Positions 34,732 through 45,350 of a stretch of DNA of 64,000 nt are shown here, piece by piece (the stretch's first letter is position 1; every line of letters starts with the position of its first letter). The DNA comes from Candidatus Dojkabacteria bacterium. GTDB lineage: Bacteria; Patescibacteriota; Dojkabacteria; SC72. The position numbers and the translations under genes are program-made. A model generated the notes under the pieces. That model had not been told where the DNA came from. It saw only the letters and a list, made by a program, of their open reading frames with translations, and did no database searches. Location: assembly GCA_016182915.1 (NCBI GenBank), contig JACPFP010000002.1, forward strand, positions 155,188 through 219,187. The letters are read 5' to 3'.

Positions 34732-36204
34732 TTAGTATTTAATCAACATAGCTTCTTTCATCTGATCAGCCACTCCTCTAGCTATCCCCCTTACCTTCTT
34801 ACTCCCTTCGAGCGCCTTTCTTAGTAATTCTTCCTTCATACCTTCAGCAACCTTTCTCCTCTCTCTTATTGGGGTTAGGAACTCATTCATTACTTTGAAA
34901 AGAATCTCTTTAACCTCAACATCCCCTATCCTCCCTTCTCTATATCTCCTTTTTAACTCTTCTACCTGCTGCTTATCCTCATTAAAAAGGTCGTGGTATG
35001 CAAAGGCGATATTACCTTCGACAGTTCCCTTATCCGTTGCGCTCTTCCTATTTGGATCTGTATATACACTAAAGACCTTCTTTCTAAGGACCTCTTCACT
35101 ATCTGAAAGGTATATAGCATTATTTAAACTCTTCCCCATCTTCGAGTTCCCATCAATACCTGGAACATTGGTTGCAACTCCATACAGTCCTTCAGGCTGG
35201 TGTAAGTACTTCACTTTATATGTACTATTAAACTTCCTTACAATCTCTCTTGTATCTTCAATCATAGGGGCCTGATCCTTTCCTACGGGAACCAAATCCG
35301 CGTTAACACACAATATATCTGCAGCCTGGTGAATAGGATATACAAAGAAACCAAGTGGCGTGGACTCCTCCATATTATTCTGTTTAATCTCAGTTTTAAT
35401 AGTTGGGTTATGCATAATCTGCTGAACAGAGGTGAAGTTTGCCAAATACATAAATATTTCATGTACCTCAGGTACTTCAGACTGAATATACACAGTACTC
35501 TTATCGAAATCTATTCCTACAGCATAGTAGTCACAGAGAAGTTCAAGAATACTTTCTTTAACCATCTGAGGATTATCTGCATTGTCACTAAGGGCATGGA
35601 TATTTGCAATGAGGATAAACTGCTCGTACTCATCTTGTAAGGCAACCCTATTTTTAAGAGTGCCCATATAATGACCTACATGCATCTTTCCAGTTGGCCT
35701 ATCACCAGTTAAGATCCTCTTCTTTCCACTTACAGAACGCTCTGATGGCGCGGTGAATTTTCCAATAGTCCCTCTTGTGATAGTTAAAAGATCCTTTGGA
35801 GCAAGTTGAATATCAGTAAATTCATCTCCAGCACCTCCATTAATTACCTTTCTCTCCAGTAGTGATTCATCCATATAGTATTTTAGTGATGGATGGTAAA
35901 CCCCAACTGCGCCAACGGTAAATCCGAAATTGTTCTTTACCTCTTCAGGGGTTGCCATGTTTAAACTCTTAACTCCCATCAGCTTCTTCAGTTCATTGGA
36001 TAGGATTTTCCTGTCATCCCTTCTATGCACACCAACGAATCCTTTTTCAGTTTTAAAGATAAGGGTAGAGACTCCATCCTCGAATGATATATTTACCGCT
36101 CTAACTCCTTCTTCAACTGTGAATACGGCTCCATGCTTAACAAAGCTTACTTCCTTTAAGCCTAACTCCTTAACCCTATTTTGTAATACCTCTAAGTTAC
36201 TCAT
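34732..36204 (-). CDS. trpS: tryptophanyl-tRNA synthetase with N-terminal YbaK/ProX-like deacylase domain
   Basis: C-terminal class I core (TGDRPTGKMHVGHYMG HIGH region; KMGKS). The N-terminal ~170 aa resemble the YbaK trans-editing domain (TLIFKTEKGFVGV..., GFTVGAVGVY, VINGGAGD). Confidence 0.85.
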   Translation of the reverse strand: MSNLEVLQNRVKELGLKEVSFVKHGAVFTVEEGVRAVNISFEDGVSTLIFKTEKGFVGVHRRDDRKILSNELKKLMGVKSLNMATPEEVKNNFGFTVGAVGVYHPSLKYYMDESLLERKVINGGAGDEFTDIQLAPKDLLTITRGTIGKFTAPSERSVSGKKRILTGDRPTGKMHVGHYMGTLKNRVALQDEYEQFILIANIHALSDNADNPQMVKESILELLCDYYAVGIDFDKSTVYIQSEVPEVHEIFMYLANFTSVQQIMHNPTIKTEIKQNNMEESTPLGFFVYPIHQAADILCVNADLVPVGKDQAPMIEDTREIVRKFNSTYKVKYLHQPEGLYGVATNVPGIDGNSKMGKSLNNAIYLSDSEEVLRKKVFSVYTDPNRKSATDKGTVEGNIAFAYHDLFNEDKQQVEELKRRYREGRIGDVEVKEILFKVMNEFLTPIRERRKVAEGMKEELLRKALEGSKKVRGIARGVADQMKEAMLIKY

Positions 36205-36491
36205 ATTTATTTAGAATAAAATAAAAAATCCCCATATAACTAGACTAACATATTTTCAAAGTTAATCTAACTATATGGGGACGATATGGATAATCGTGGT
36301 ACCACCCCTATTCTCTTAGTATATTATACTAAGACTCATCGACTTTATATAAACATCGATTGAACCTTTACAGTGTTCCTCTGGCGCTCATACTTTCTTT
36401 TCAGATTTCTGTTTGCTGCTCCGGGGCCCATTCTCCCCATCAACGCATTTATTACTCAATTGTATTACATTATACCATACAGAAACGCTTC

Positions 36492-38063
36492 ATGTTATAC
36501 TTTACAACAGTGAAAAAGAAATTAGGAATTATCACAAAGATCATCATTCAGGTTATAGTTGCTCTCCTTGCAACAGCTTTTGTTGTAGCTGGAACCATCT
36601 TCGTCTACTACTATGCCAAAGGATATAGAATTGACCTAAAGTCTCGTGATCTCAGAAAAACAGGCGTTATAAACGTTGAAAGCCGTCCAAGTAAAGCCAA
36701 TATCACTATAAACGGAGAGAAGAACGGAAAAACTCCAAAGACCGTGGCTTCACTTGATGATGGAACCGTTGATGTTAAACTTACACGATCCGGATACCTT
36801 GATTGGAACAAGAAGGTTCCAATACTAAGCGAGAAATCCACCCCAATTATAGCCGAACTCTTTAAAGAAGAGCCTGAAGTTACGCAACAGATAGAGCTAA
36901 GTGCAGATTCACAATTACATACGACAATCAAATCTCTGAATGGTGAGGTTCTTATATATCTCACCAAAAGTCCAAAAAATGTGTATACCCTATGGAGATA
37001 CGATTTAAATAAGAGCTTCTGGAATCTGAGCAATAACCCACATATAGTATCCTCATTCACAGGATCCGACATTAAAAATATTAGAATCCTCCTCTCTCCA
37101 TCCGGCCAGAATCTTGTTGTACTATATGCCAAAACAGAGAAGAAAGTAGTTACAAACATCATAAATCTATATAACACCCAACTTACAGAAACCACAGGCC
37201 ATCCATTGGCTCTAACCAAATTTACGACAGACTATATCCTAACCTGGTCAGAGTCAGAAAACTACATAATATTAGACTCGACAAGTGACATTTTAGCCTT
37301 CAATATAACAAATCAAGCCAAGTATCTTCTTTATAAAAAAGCCCCGGATGAAAAGGTTGTATGGACAACAGATAGTCAAAATAACTTCTACTATACCCAG
37401 AAGTCTCTCGATGAAGCAGGTGGGTACCTAACTCTGGAACAATCCAGTCTTGACGGAACAGGAAGCAAAACCCTAATACCAAGAATATACTACAGTAATG
37501 ATGAAGGGTATATTGAAGCACTTAGACGGGACGATGCGATACATTCACCTTTCACAAACTCACCCCAAAACACTAGATTTGTAGGAGAGATATCCTCAAT
37601 CAAAGTAAACCAGGATACCAAAGGTATATTCCTCTCCACACAGTATAGTTCATACTGGTATGTAACCGAAGTAGATAAATATATTGTCATAAACCCATAC
37701 GAAACAACCTTCCTTTCTTTCTCGCCTAACAACAGATCCCTTCTTTTCACAGATGTAAGTAATAAAAAGGTAGGAGTATTTACGTTTATACAAGAGGTCA
37801 GCAACCCGATTAAGCAGCTAGGATCCAAGATTGTCCTTAGAGATGCAGATGATCTAACAAATATTGATTGGATAAGCAGTACAAATATTTCATATCAGAA
37901 AGGAGATTCGGTAAACTTGATCGATAAAGACGGGGACAATAACTATGAGATTAAAATTACATCATCCCCACATATATTCTCATTCACAGGCGGGGGAAAG
38001 TATGTACATACCATTGAAACGATAGAAGAGAACCTCAAACTAACGAAATATACTATTCAATAG
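36492..38063 (+). CDS. membrane-anchored PEGA-domain protein with beta-rich C-terminal region
   Basis: ATG at 36492 (MLYFTTVKKK...). TM helix, PEGA-like segment (ANITINGEKNGKTPKTV...VDVKLTRSGY), then a repeat-like beta region. Confidence 0.55.
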   Translation: MLYFTTVKKKLGIITKIIIQVIVALLATAFVVAGTIFVYYYAKGYRIDLKSRDLRKTGVINVESRPSKANITINGEKNGKTPKTVASLDDGTVDVKLTRSGYLDWNKKVPILSEKSTPIIAELFKEEPEVTQQIELSADSQLHTTIKSLNGEVLIYLTKSPKNVYTLWRYDLNKSFWNLSNNPHIVSSFTGSDIKNIRILLSPSGQNLVVLYAKTEKKVVTNIINLYNTQLTETTGHPLALTKFTTDYILTWSESENYIILDSTSDILAFNITNQAKYLLYKKAPDEKVVWTTDSQNNFYYTQKSLDEAGGYLTLEQSSLDGTGSKTLIPRIYYSNDEGYIEALRRDDAIHSPFTNSPQNTRFVGEISSIKVNQDTKGIFLSTQYSSYWYVTEVDKYIVINPYETTFLSFSPNNRSLLFTDVSNKKVGVFTFIQEVSNPIKQLGSKIVLRDADDLTNIDWISSTNISYQKGDSVNLIDKDGDNNYEIKITSSPHIFSFTGGGKYVHTIETIEENLKLTKYTIQ

Positions 38064-38068
38064 AAAGT

Positions 38069-38144
38069 TGGCGCACCCGGCCGGAATCGAACCGACAACC
38101 TGCTCGTTAGGAGTGAGCTGCTCTTCCAATTGAGCTACAGGTGC
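38069..38144 (-). tRNA. tRNA-Arg (anticodon CCT), CCA encoded
   Basis: Reverse complement gives GCACCTG...GCTCA-CTCCTAA-CGAGC...TTCGATT...CGGGTGC-G-CCA. Confidence 0.85.
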
Positions 38145-38170
38145 AAATCGGCATATTTTAACATAAAAGA

Positions 38171-38797
38171 CTACTTTAATCCCCTATCCCTATCGATTAA
38201 CTCCCGTAAGTACTCAGACTTATTCATCCCAATACTATCCCCCATTTTTTCCAAATATTTAATCTGAGACTTCGTAAGTAACATATTAAACCTCTCAGAA
38301 TATATCTCTTTCCTATATTTAGTTAGAAACTTCCCCACTATCTCATCAATATTCTCCACATTATATTTTGCACCATGAAAGTACCTATTCTTAATTTTAA
38401 TGCTCATATCTTGGTGGATTGACAGACATAGGACATGCTTTTTATCCTGCATCGCCAATGTTGCCTCATGCCCAAGCTGAAAGCCAGGTAGGCTGATCTC
38501 AATAATTACGATATCCGATAACTCGATACCCTTTCGAATGGCTGAATAATGTATGGATCGCAGATCCCTAATCTTCATCTTCTCCTTGTCTGCAATCAGT
38601 TTCAAGTAGTTACCTAACTCTGGGGATATTACATCTCTTTCAACCTTTAAAATTGCGTTTAACACCGCATCATAGTATTTCTGATAGCTCTTCTTTCCCT
38701 TGTACGAAGCTGTATAAAAGACCTTCATATACATATATACATACCAAATTAGCATTAACACAATAGCACAATTGAGATATAATCTCCATGTATACAT
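38171..38797 (-). CDS. hypothetical membrane-anchored protein with possible C-terminal ribbon-helix-helix
   Basis: N-terminal TM helix. The C-terminus SQIKYLEKMGDSIGMNKSEYLRELIDRD is RHH-like. Confidence 0.35.
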   Translation of the reverse strand: MYTWRLYLNCAIVLMLIWYVYMYMKVFYTASYKGKKSYQKYYDAVLNAILKVERDVISPELGNYLKLIADKEKMKIRDLRSIHYSAIRKGIELSDIVIIEISLPGFQLGHEATLAMQDKKHVLCLSIHQDMSIKIKNRYFHGAKYNVENIDEIVGKFLTKYRKEIYSERFNMLLTKSQIKYLEKMGDSIGMNKSEYLRELIDRDRGLK

Positions 38798-38816
38798 AAA
38801 TTATTAAGTTAAATAT

Positions 38817-39257
38817 ATGAAAATAACTAAATTCGGGATTCATATTAAATCAAAAGACCTCCAATCTTCCTACGATTTCTACAAAGCCTTCAATTTAAAG
38901 GCAATATTCGCATATGGGAATGAAGAATGGACAGAGAAAGTGAAAGGCGATTTCCCTGAAATTGGTACAGCTCCAGAAAAGTACCAGGGTTGTACCTTCG
39001 AGATTGGGAATTCCCTCCTAGAAGTAGCAGATGGGCATATTGCCGTAAAGCCAGAGGTTTTTAAAGAAGAAATACCTTCCTCTAAAGTATCTGCAATGAT
39101 TGATACAGATTCAATAGATGAAATAGTTCAAATCTGTGCAAAAAATAACTTTGAAATAGCTTCAGAACCTAAAGAGTACTACTGGGGAACAAGAGAGGTT
39201 GTTGTAAAAGATCCCGATGGATTTATATTAGTATTCAGGGAACCTTTAAAGAAGTAA
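38817..39257 (+). CDS. VOC/glyoxalase-family protein
   Basis: 146 aa with two beta-alpha-beta-beta-beta modules typical of glyoxalase/bleomycin-resistance folds. Confidence 0.6.
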   Translation: MKITKFGIHIKSKDLQSSYDFYKAFNLKAIFAYGNEEWTEKVKGDFPEIGTAPEKYQGCTFEIGNSLLEVADGHIAVKPEVFKEEIPSSKVSAMIDTDSIDEIVQICAKNNFEIASEPKEYYWGTREVVVKDPDGFILVFREPLKK

Positions 39258-39270
39258 ACTCAATCCTCAA

Positions 39271-42147
39271 TTGCATGATATAATTAATGTCATGCAAGAA
39301 TATATTGAAATTAAAAACGCAAAGGTACACAACCTCAAGAACGTTACAGTTAAAATACCTAAAAATAAATTAGTAGTTATAACTGGTGTATCAGGAAGTG
39401 GTAAGTCATCACTTGCTTTTGACACCCTCTATGCAGAAGGACAGAGAAGATATGTTGAATCCCTCTCCTCCTATGCAAGACAGTTCCTGGGACTTATGGA
39501 GAAGCCAGACGTAGAATCTATAACAGGCCTCTCCCCAGCTATATCCATTGACCAGAAAACCTCAGGGAATAACCCTCGATCAACCGTTGGTACAGTAACA
39601 GAGATATACGACTATATGAGACTCCTTTTCGGTCACGTGGGAATATCTCACTGTCCGAATTGCGGAGATATTATTGAAGCCCAGACAATACAAGAGATAG
39701 TAGATAGTATAAATAAGCTATCAAAGGTTGAAGATAAATTGCAGATTCTCTCCCCTATCGTTCAATCCCAGAAAGGAACCTTCAAGGAGATTCTAAACGG
39801 CCTCCTTTCTAAAGGATATCTAAGGGTGATAATAGATGGGAAGAACTACAACCTGGATGAGATAGAGAACTTGAAGATAGACAAAAATAAGAAACACAGC
39901 ATTGATCTAATCATCGATAGATTGTCAGTTAAGTCTCAGGACGATTCCGACTATCAGAGAAGACTTACAGATGCTGTAGAGCTAGGTAGTAATATGTCAG
40001 AAGGCGAGATAAAGGTAATCCTCAATGACACTCAGCATGTTTTCTCCGAAAATAATACATGTAGAAGATGTAAGATCTCCTTTCCAGCTATCAAACCTGC
40101 AACCTTCTCCTTCAACTCACCGCATGGTGCATGTCTAAAGTGTTCCGGACTGGGTACCCTTAAAGAGATTGATATCTCAAAGATATATAACCCACGCCTT
40201 TCTATAAAAGAAGGAGGCATCTTCCCATGGTCAAATATGACTACAACCGATTCCTGGACCTTAAAGGTACTAGAAGCAGTAGCGATTGAGCATGGCGTTA
40301 AGTTAACCACCCCAATTGGAGAGTATAGTGATGAGATATTCAATCTAATCTTCTATGGAAAGGATGCTAAACCCGTGTACACTCTCGCCTACATTAACAG
40401 AAACGGATATAAGCGCGTTTATGATTCAAAATATGAAGGTGTAATTACCCAATTAGAAAGAAGATATCTAGAAACGGACTCAGAATATATAAGAGAAGAG
40501 ATTGACAAATACATGATCGAGAAAGAATGTTCAGAATGTAAAGGACAGAGGTTACAAGCATACGCCCTAGCTGTCACCATAAATAAGAAAGGTATAAATC
40601 AACTAACCGCCTTACAGATCTCCGAGCTTATCTCCTTCTTCGACAGGCTCAAACTTACAGGTAACAAAGCAGAGATTGCCCGCCCTATAATCAAGGAGAT
40701 AGTAACAAGATTAACCTTCTTAAACGACGTAGGTTTGAACTACCTAACCCTCTCAAGAAAAGCCAACACGCTTTCGGGTGGAGAGTCACAAAGAATTAGA
40801 TTGGCATCTCAAATTGGTACAGGTTTAACAGGCGTTCTATACGTTCTAGACGAGCCTTCAATTGGATTACACTCAAAAGATGTAGACAAGTTAATTAAAT
40901 CGTTAGAGAAGCTAAGAGATTTAGGGAATTCAGTGGTGGTAGTAGAACATGACTACGATACAATTTCAAAGGCGGATTGGATTATTGATGTTGGACCAGA
41001 AGCTGGCAATAACGGAGGCCTAATAGTAGCCGAAGGAACTCTCAAACAAATCAGGCAAGCAAAGACTCTAACTGCTAAGTATATAAACAAATCGCTGAAG
41101 GTCGGACAGGATTTAAAAGTCGGTGCTCAGCCCCCTATACTCCCTAACAAGCTAACCCTTGAAGGCGTAACAACCCATAACCTAAAAGATGTAAACATTA
41201 CCGTTCCTCTTGGAAAGTTCGTTACAGTAACGGGAGCATCCGGAAGTGGGAAATCTTCACTAATAAACGATACTTTAGTCCCCATACTCCTAAAGCATGT
41301 TGGTATGAATGCTCCAACAGAAGGCACCTACAAATCCGTTGACGGATTAGATTACATTAACAAGGTAATTGAGATAGATCAGTCACCAATCGGTAGAACA
41401 CCTAGATCAAATACCGCGACCTACACTGGTATCTTTAACCATATTAGAGAGCTCTATACTCAAACCCAAGAATCAAGAGCACGTGGATATACCGCTTCCA
41501 GATTCAGTTTTAATGTAAAAGGGGGAAGATGTGAGACATGTAAGGGAGACGGTCAGATAAAGATTGAAATGCAGTTCCTTCCTGATATGTACGTCACCTG
41601 TGAGAGCTGTTTAGGTAAGAGATATAACAAGGAGGCCCTTCAAATTGATTATAAAGGCCAGAGTATAGCCGATGTACTAGCAATGACTGTTGCAGATGCA
41701 TCTATCTTCTTTGAAAACTTCACCCCTATAAAGAGAAAGTTAGATATCCTCAACGAGGTTGGTTTAGGATATATCCAGCTTGGACAACCTGCTACTACTC
41801 TTTCTGGGGGAGAATCACAGAGAATCAAGCTTGCAAAAGAACTTTCCAAAGCAACCAGAGGCCATACAATGTACGTTCTTGATGAACCAACCACGGGACT
41901 CCACTTCCATGATGTAGACAAACTCCTTCTACTCCTAAAGAAACTAGTTGAGAAAGGCAATTCAGTACTGGTTATAGAACATAACCTAGATATCATAAAA
42001 CATTCAGACTGGATAATAGATTTAGGGCCTGAAGGGGGAGATAAAGGTGGGGAAATTGTAGGTTTTGGGACCGTAAAGGATATTATTAACAACGAGAAAA
42101 GTTACACAGGGAAATACCTTAAAGAATACCTTGAAGACGGGAGATAA
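39271..42147 (+). CDS. uvrA: excinuclease ABC subunit A
   Basis: Two ABC ATPase modules (GVSGSGKSSL; GASGSGKSSL), LSGGESQRI signatures and zinc-finger Cys clusters. 958 aa. Confidence 0.97.
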   Translation: MHDIINVMQEYIEIKNAKVHNLKNVTVKIPKNKLVVITGVSGSGKSSLAFDTLYAEGQRRYVESLSSYARQFLGLMEKPDVESITGLSPAISIDQKTSGNNPRSTVGTVTEIYDYMRLLFGHVGISHCPNCGDIIEAQTIQEIVDSINKLSKVEDKLQILSPIVQSQKGTFKEILNGLLSKGYLRVIIDGKNYNLDEIENLKIDKNKKHSIDLIIDRLSVKSQDDSDYQRRLTDAVELGSNMSEGEIKVILNDTQHVFSENNTCRRCKISFPAIKPATFSFNSPHGACLKCSGLGTLKEIDISKIYNPRLSIKEGGIFPWSNMTTTDSWTLKVLEAVAIEHGVKLTTPIGEYSDEIFNLIFYGKDAKPVYTLAYINRNGYKRVYDSKYEGVITQLERRYLETDSEYIREEIDKYMIEKECSECKGQRLQAYALAVTINKKGINQLTALQISELISFFDRLKLTGNKAEIARPIIKEIVTRLTFLNDVGLNYLTLSRKANTLSGGESQRIRLASQIGTGLTGVLYVLDEPSIGLHSKDVDKLIKSLEKLRDLGNSVVVVEHDYDTISKADWIIDVGPEAGNNGGLIVAEGTLKQIRQAKTLTAKYINKSLKVGQDLKVGAQPPILPNKLTLEGVTTHNLKDVNITVPLGKFVTVTGASGSGKSSLINDTLVPILLKHVGMNAPTEGTYKSVDGLDYINKVIEIDQSPIGRTPRSNTATYTGIFNHIRELYTQTQESRARGYTASRFSFNVKGGRCETCKGDGQIKIEMQFLPDMYVTCESCLGKRYNKEALQIDYKGQSIADVLAMTVADASIFFENFTPIKRKLDILNEVGLGYIQLGQPATTLSGGESQRIKLAKELSKATRGHTMYVLDEPTTGLHFHDVDKLLLLLKKLVEKGNSVLVIEHNLDIIKHSDWIIDLGPEGGDKGGEIVGFGTVKDIINNEKSYTGKYLKEYLEDGR

Positions 42148-42208
42148 TCGCCACAACCTTTCTTCCTCCTATTGAAATCCCACCTATGTTCCACCGACAC
42201 GACAACCT

Positions 42209-42892
42209 TTATTTACCCCCGAACCTTCTCTGACGATTACCAAATTCATTAACTACCTCTCTGAATTTCTCTTTTGTGAAATCTGGGAAATAGTCATCAA
42301 CAAAAAAGAGTTCAGCATACACTGACTGCCATGGCATAAAACCACTTAGCCTCTTCTCTCCTGATGTTCTAACTATCATATCAGGATCAGCAACATCTGA
42401 AGTATCAAGGAACTTACCAAAATTCTCTTCGGAAAGTTCTTCTCCACTTTCAATAGCCTTCTTAATCCCACGAATAATCTCATTTCTGCCGCCATAATCA
42501 ATCGCGATACAAACTGTTCTTTCGCTATACTCCTTAGTGTCTTCTTCCACTTCGGTAATCATCTCAACCAGCTCTTTAGAGAGTCGATCTTTTCTTCCCA
42601 AATGTATAAACCTGGCTTTATGTTCTTTAAATTTAGGAATAAAGTGACGTCCCTGCTTCAGAAAGATATCCTGCATTAGATATGAGACCTCTCCCTCATC
42701 CCTACTCCAATTCTCAGTGGAAAATCCCCAAAATGTAATGACCTCAATCCCAAGTTCTGCAGCCTCCTCAACTAGTTCAAAGAGCCTTTTAACACCCTCC
42801 ATGTGCCCGTCAAAATCCTTTTTCCCTTTCCCCCTTGCCCATCTCCTATTCCCATCTGGAATTATAACAACGTGTTTAGGTAGATTTCCCAT
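42209..42892 (-). CDS. uppS: undecaprenyl diphosphate synthase
   Basis: IIPDGNRRWA motif and a cis-prenyltransferase fold. Confidence 0.9.
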   Translation of the reverse strand: MGNLPKHVVIIPDGNRRWARGKGKKDFDGHMEGVKRLFELVEEAAELGIEVITFWGFSTENWSRDEGEVSYLMQDIFLKQGRHFIPKFKEHKARFIHLGRKDRLSKELVEMITEVEEDTKEYSERTVCIAIDYGGRNEIIRGIKKAIESGEELSEENFGKFLDTSDVADPDMIVRTSGEKRLSGFMPWQSVYAELFFVDDYFPDFTKEKFREVVNEFGNRQRRFGGK

Positions 42893-42936
42893 TATCTATT
42901 TATTTAGATATAAAATAGTGAATTATGATAACACAG

Positions 42937-44667
42937 TTATAGGGATTTATTAACAACCCCCATTACCTTACCAAGTATATCTCCCTCGTTAACAATCTCT
43001 GCTGTATCTGAATTTCTCTCCTTAAATTCATATCCACCCTTCTCAAGGCTCCTATCACTAACAACTATCCTTATAGGTATACCAATTAAATCAGCATCAG
43101 CAAACTTTGCACCTGCACTCACATCTTCTCTTTCATCCCAAAGGACTTCAACTCCATTTTCTATAAGGTTGTTATATAAGGCGTCACTTTTTGAAACGGC
43201 ATCCTGTGATCCAAGAGTTATTAGATGAACATGATATGGAGAAATACCTATAGGCCAGACTATACCTTTTTCATCACTCATAATCTCAACAACTGCCGCC
43301 ATAGTTCTTCCAATTCCAATGCCATAGCAACCCATATAGTACTTCTTCTTCTTTCCATCTACATCAACAAACTCAGCATTCTTCATAAGGTTAGAATAGT
43401 GATATCCAAGCTGGAAAATATTACCAACTTCAATACCCTTTCTTGCAATCAGCTTAGAACCTGAGATAGATTTAAAACCCTCTCTGGCAAATGCGATATC
43501 ACCCTCTAAATCAGCTTTATAGTCTCTATCAATATTTACGTTTAGACTATCCTTGTTTAAGGCATTTGCCCCACCATATGCATTCTTGATAGTTCTTAAA
43601 GACCTATCTGCAACGATTAGCAGCTCAACAGACGAATCCATATTTTCTTTCATTCCTACTGGGGAGATAAATCCAGGTTCACTCTTAAGAAGAGTTCTAA
43701 TATCCTCTTCGCTTGCATGCTCCAAAGTTATACTACCCGTTAGATGACTTAGTTTTACTTCATTAACATCAAGATCTCCTCTTAACACAGCAAGGATATA
43801 TCTTCCCTTATCATCTTTATACATAACATCCTTTATCTGCATATGCATAGGAAGACCATGAAGCTTAACTCCATCTTCCATTGTTGTTCCTCTTACCGCA
43901 TCTATAACTTGCAAGGGTTTCATCTCTTCATCGACATTGATATCTTCAAGAGCGAATTCTGCAACCTCCTCATGAGCTGCATAACTTCCGTCTTCTGTAA
44001 CAAAGTATGTACTCTCACCTATCTCAGAATCTACAACAAATTCGTGACAATACTCTCCCCCAATATAGCCGTTATCTGCTAATACCATAGTTGTCTTCAA
44101 ACCCATTCTTTCAAAGATTCTTGTATATGTCTCTGCCATTTTCTGATACTCAAGTTTGAAACTTTCCTCATCCCTATCAAAAGAGTATGCATCCTTCATA
44201 ACGAACTCCCTAACTCTCAGGAGTCCTCCACGAGCTCTCATTTCATCTCTAAACTTGGTTGAAAACTGATATATATTACATGGGAGATCCTTATAAGACA
44301 TATTATACTTCCTAAAAACATCAACAAACATCTCTTCTGCTGTACCACCGAGTGCAAATTCCGCCCCTCTTCTATCCTTAACCTTCATTAACTCAAAGCC
44401 TGTTGTATTTGTCCTGTTTGTCTCTTTCCATAGTTCCAATGGATGAAGGATTGGAGAGATCATCTTCTGAGCTCCTGCTCTATCCATCTCCTCTTCAATT
44501 ATCTCCATGATCTTATCCTGAACTCTCATTCCTAAAGGAAGTATGAAGTATCGCCCTGCAACGCTCTCGGCAATGTATCCTGCCTGTAACAACAACTTGT
44601 GGGATACCATAGTTGCATCCTTAGAGATTGTTTTACTTGTCTTTCCAAATAGTTTTGAATATTTCAT
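42937..44667 (-). CDS. proS: prolyl-tRNA synthetase (bacterial type with INS editing domain)
   Basis: Class II motifs with N-terminus MKYSKLFGKTSK...HKLLLQAGYI. 576 aa. Confidence 0.9.
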   Translation of the reverse strand: MKYSKLFGKTSKTISKDATMVSHKLLLQAGYIAESVAGRYFILPLGMRVQDKIMEIIEEEMDRAGAQKMISPILHPLELWKETNRTNTTGFELMKVKDRRGAEFALGGTAEEMFVDVFRKYNMSYKDLPCNIYQFSTKFRDEMRARGGLLRVREFVMKDAYSFDRDEESFKLEYQKMAETYTRIFERMGLKTTMVLADNGYIGGEYCHEFVVDSEIGESTYFVTEDGSYAAHEEVAEFALEDINVDEEMKPLQVIDAVRGTTMEDGVKLHGLPMHMQIKDVMYKDDKGRYILAVLRGDLDVNEVKLSHLTGSITLEHASEEDIRTLLKSEPGFISPVGMKENMDSSVELLIVADRSLRTIKNAYGGANALNKDSLNVNIDRDYKADLEGDIAFAREGFKSISGSKLIARKGIEVGNIFQLGYHYSNLMKNAEFVDVDGKKKKYYMGCYGIGIGRTMAAVVEIMSDEKGIVWPIGISPYHVHLITLGSQDAVSKSDALYNNLIENGVEVLWDEREDVSAGAKFADADLIGIPIRIVVSDRSLEKGGYEFKERNSDTAEIVNEGDILGKVMGVVNKSL

Positions 44668-44965
44668 TCCAATATATTATCTATTAACTTATATAAATGC
44701 AAAACGCCCTTACAACAGAATACCTATAATTTAAGTATATTCTATTGCAAAGGCGTGTAATTTACGCGTTACCACTCTGCTTTTTAGTTATGTCACCATA
44801 ACTAACTTATCTACTGACTAACATCAGTTTATCTGTTTTCTAACTCTACAGATTAGAGAGAGGTTATGAGTAATGATTCTGTCCCTCTTCACTCCCCATT
44901 AGGATGGATCATAGTGATATGGGGGAATTATACATTATGAATTTAGGTTTAACAAGAAAAGGGTA

Positions 44966-45295
44966 CTAACTAGCCGGCTCGAAAGGATCTATATAGTCAA
45001 CTGTGACAGTGCCTAAGGCCTCAGAAAACTTTATATTTGCATGCATAGGCTTTGTTTCTGTGTAGCTATAAAACGCCGCTCTGACTACCTCTCCGTTTCG
45101 AAATGCATGCCTGTCGTTATGCTCTACATGTACACCACAATCCACAGGATTAAAAGAATTAAGTTTTGCATAATTCACAACTGCTTCAAGAAGAAAGAAA
45201 TCTACCATATCTTCACCACTATCGGATAGAGCTAATAATCCAGCTTCAACCGGTACCGTTCCTCTTACATTAAGTGACATACATAACATAAACAA
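44966..45295 (-). CDS. hypothetical small protein
   Basis: 109-aa ORF with no assignable family. Confidence 0.3.
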   Translation of the reverse strand: MFMLCMSLNVRGTVPVEAGLLALSDSGEDMVDFFLLEAVVNYAKLNSFNPVDCGVHVEHNDRHAFRNGEVVRAAFYSYTETKPMHANIKFSEALGTVTVDYIDPFEPAS

Positions 45296-45350
45296 AACTA
45301 AGCTATAGGGTGGACTATACCATTCATTAGTAAAATTTCAAAATAGGTCT

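Noticed and set aside
38171-38797. Toxin-antitoxin or RHH regulator call for the 208-aa protein with an RHH-like C-terminus.
   Set aside because: There is a single gene with an N-terminal TM helix and no partner ORF. Similarity is too weak to support a TA assignment.
44668-44965. Possible ncRNA in the 300-bp spacer downstream of proS.
   Set aside because: No recognisable conserved RNA motifs or convincing extended secondary structure by eye. Left unannotated.
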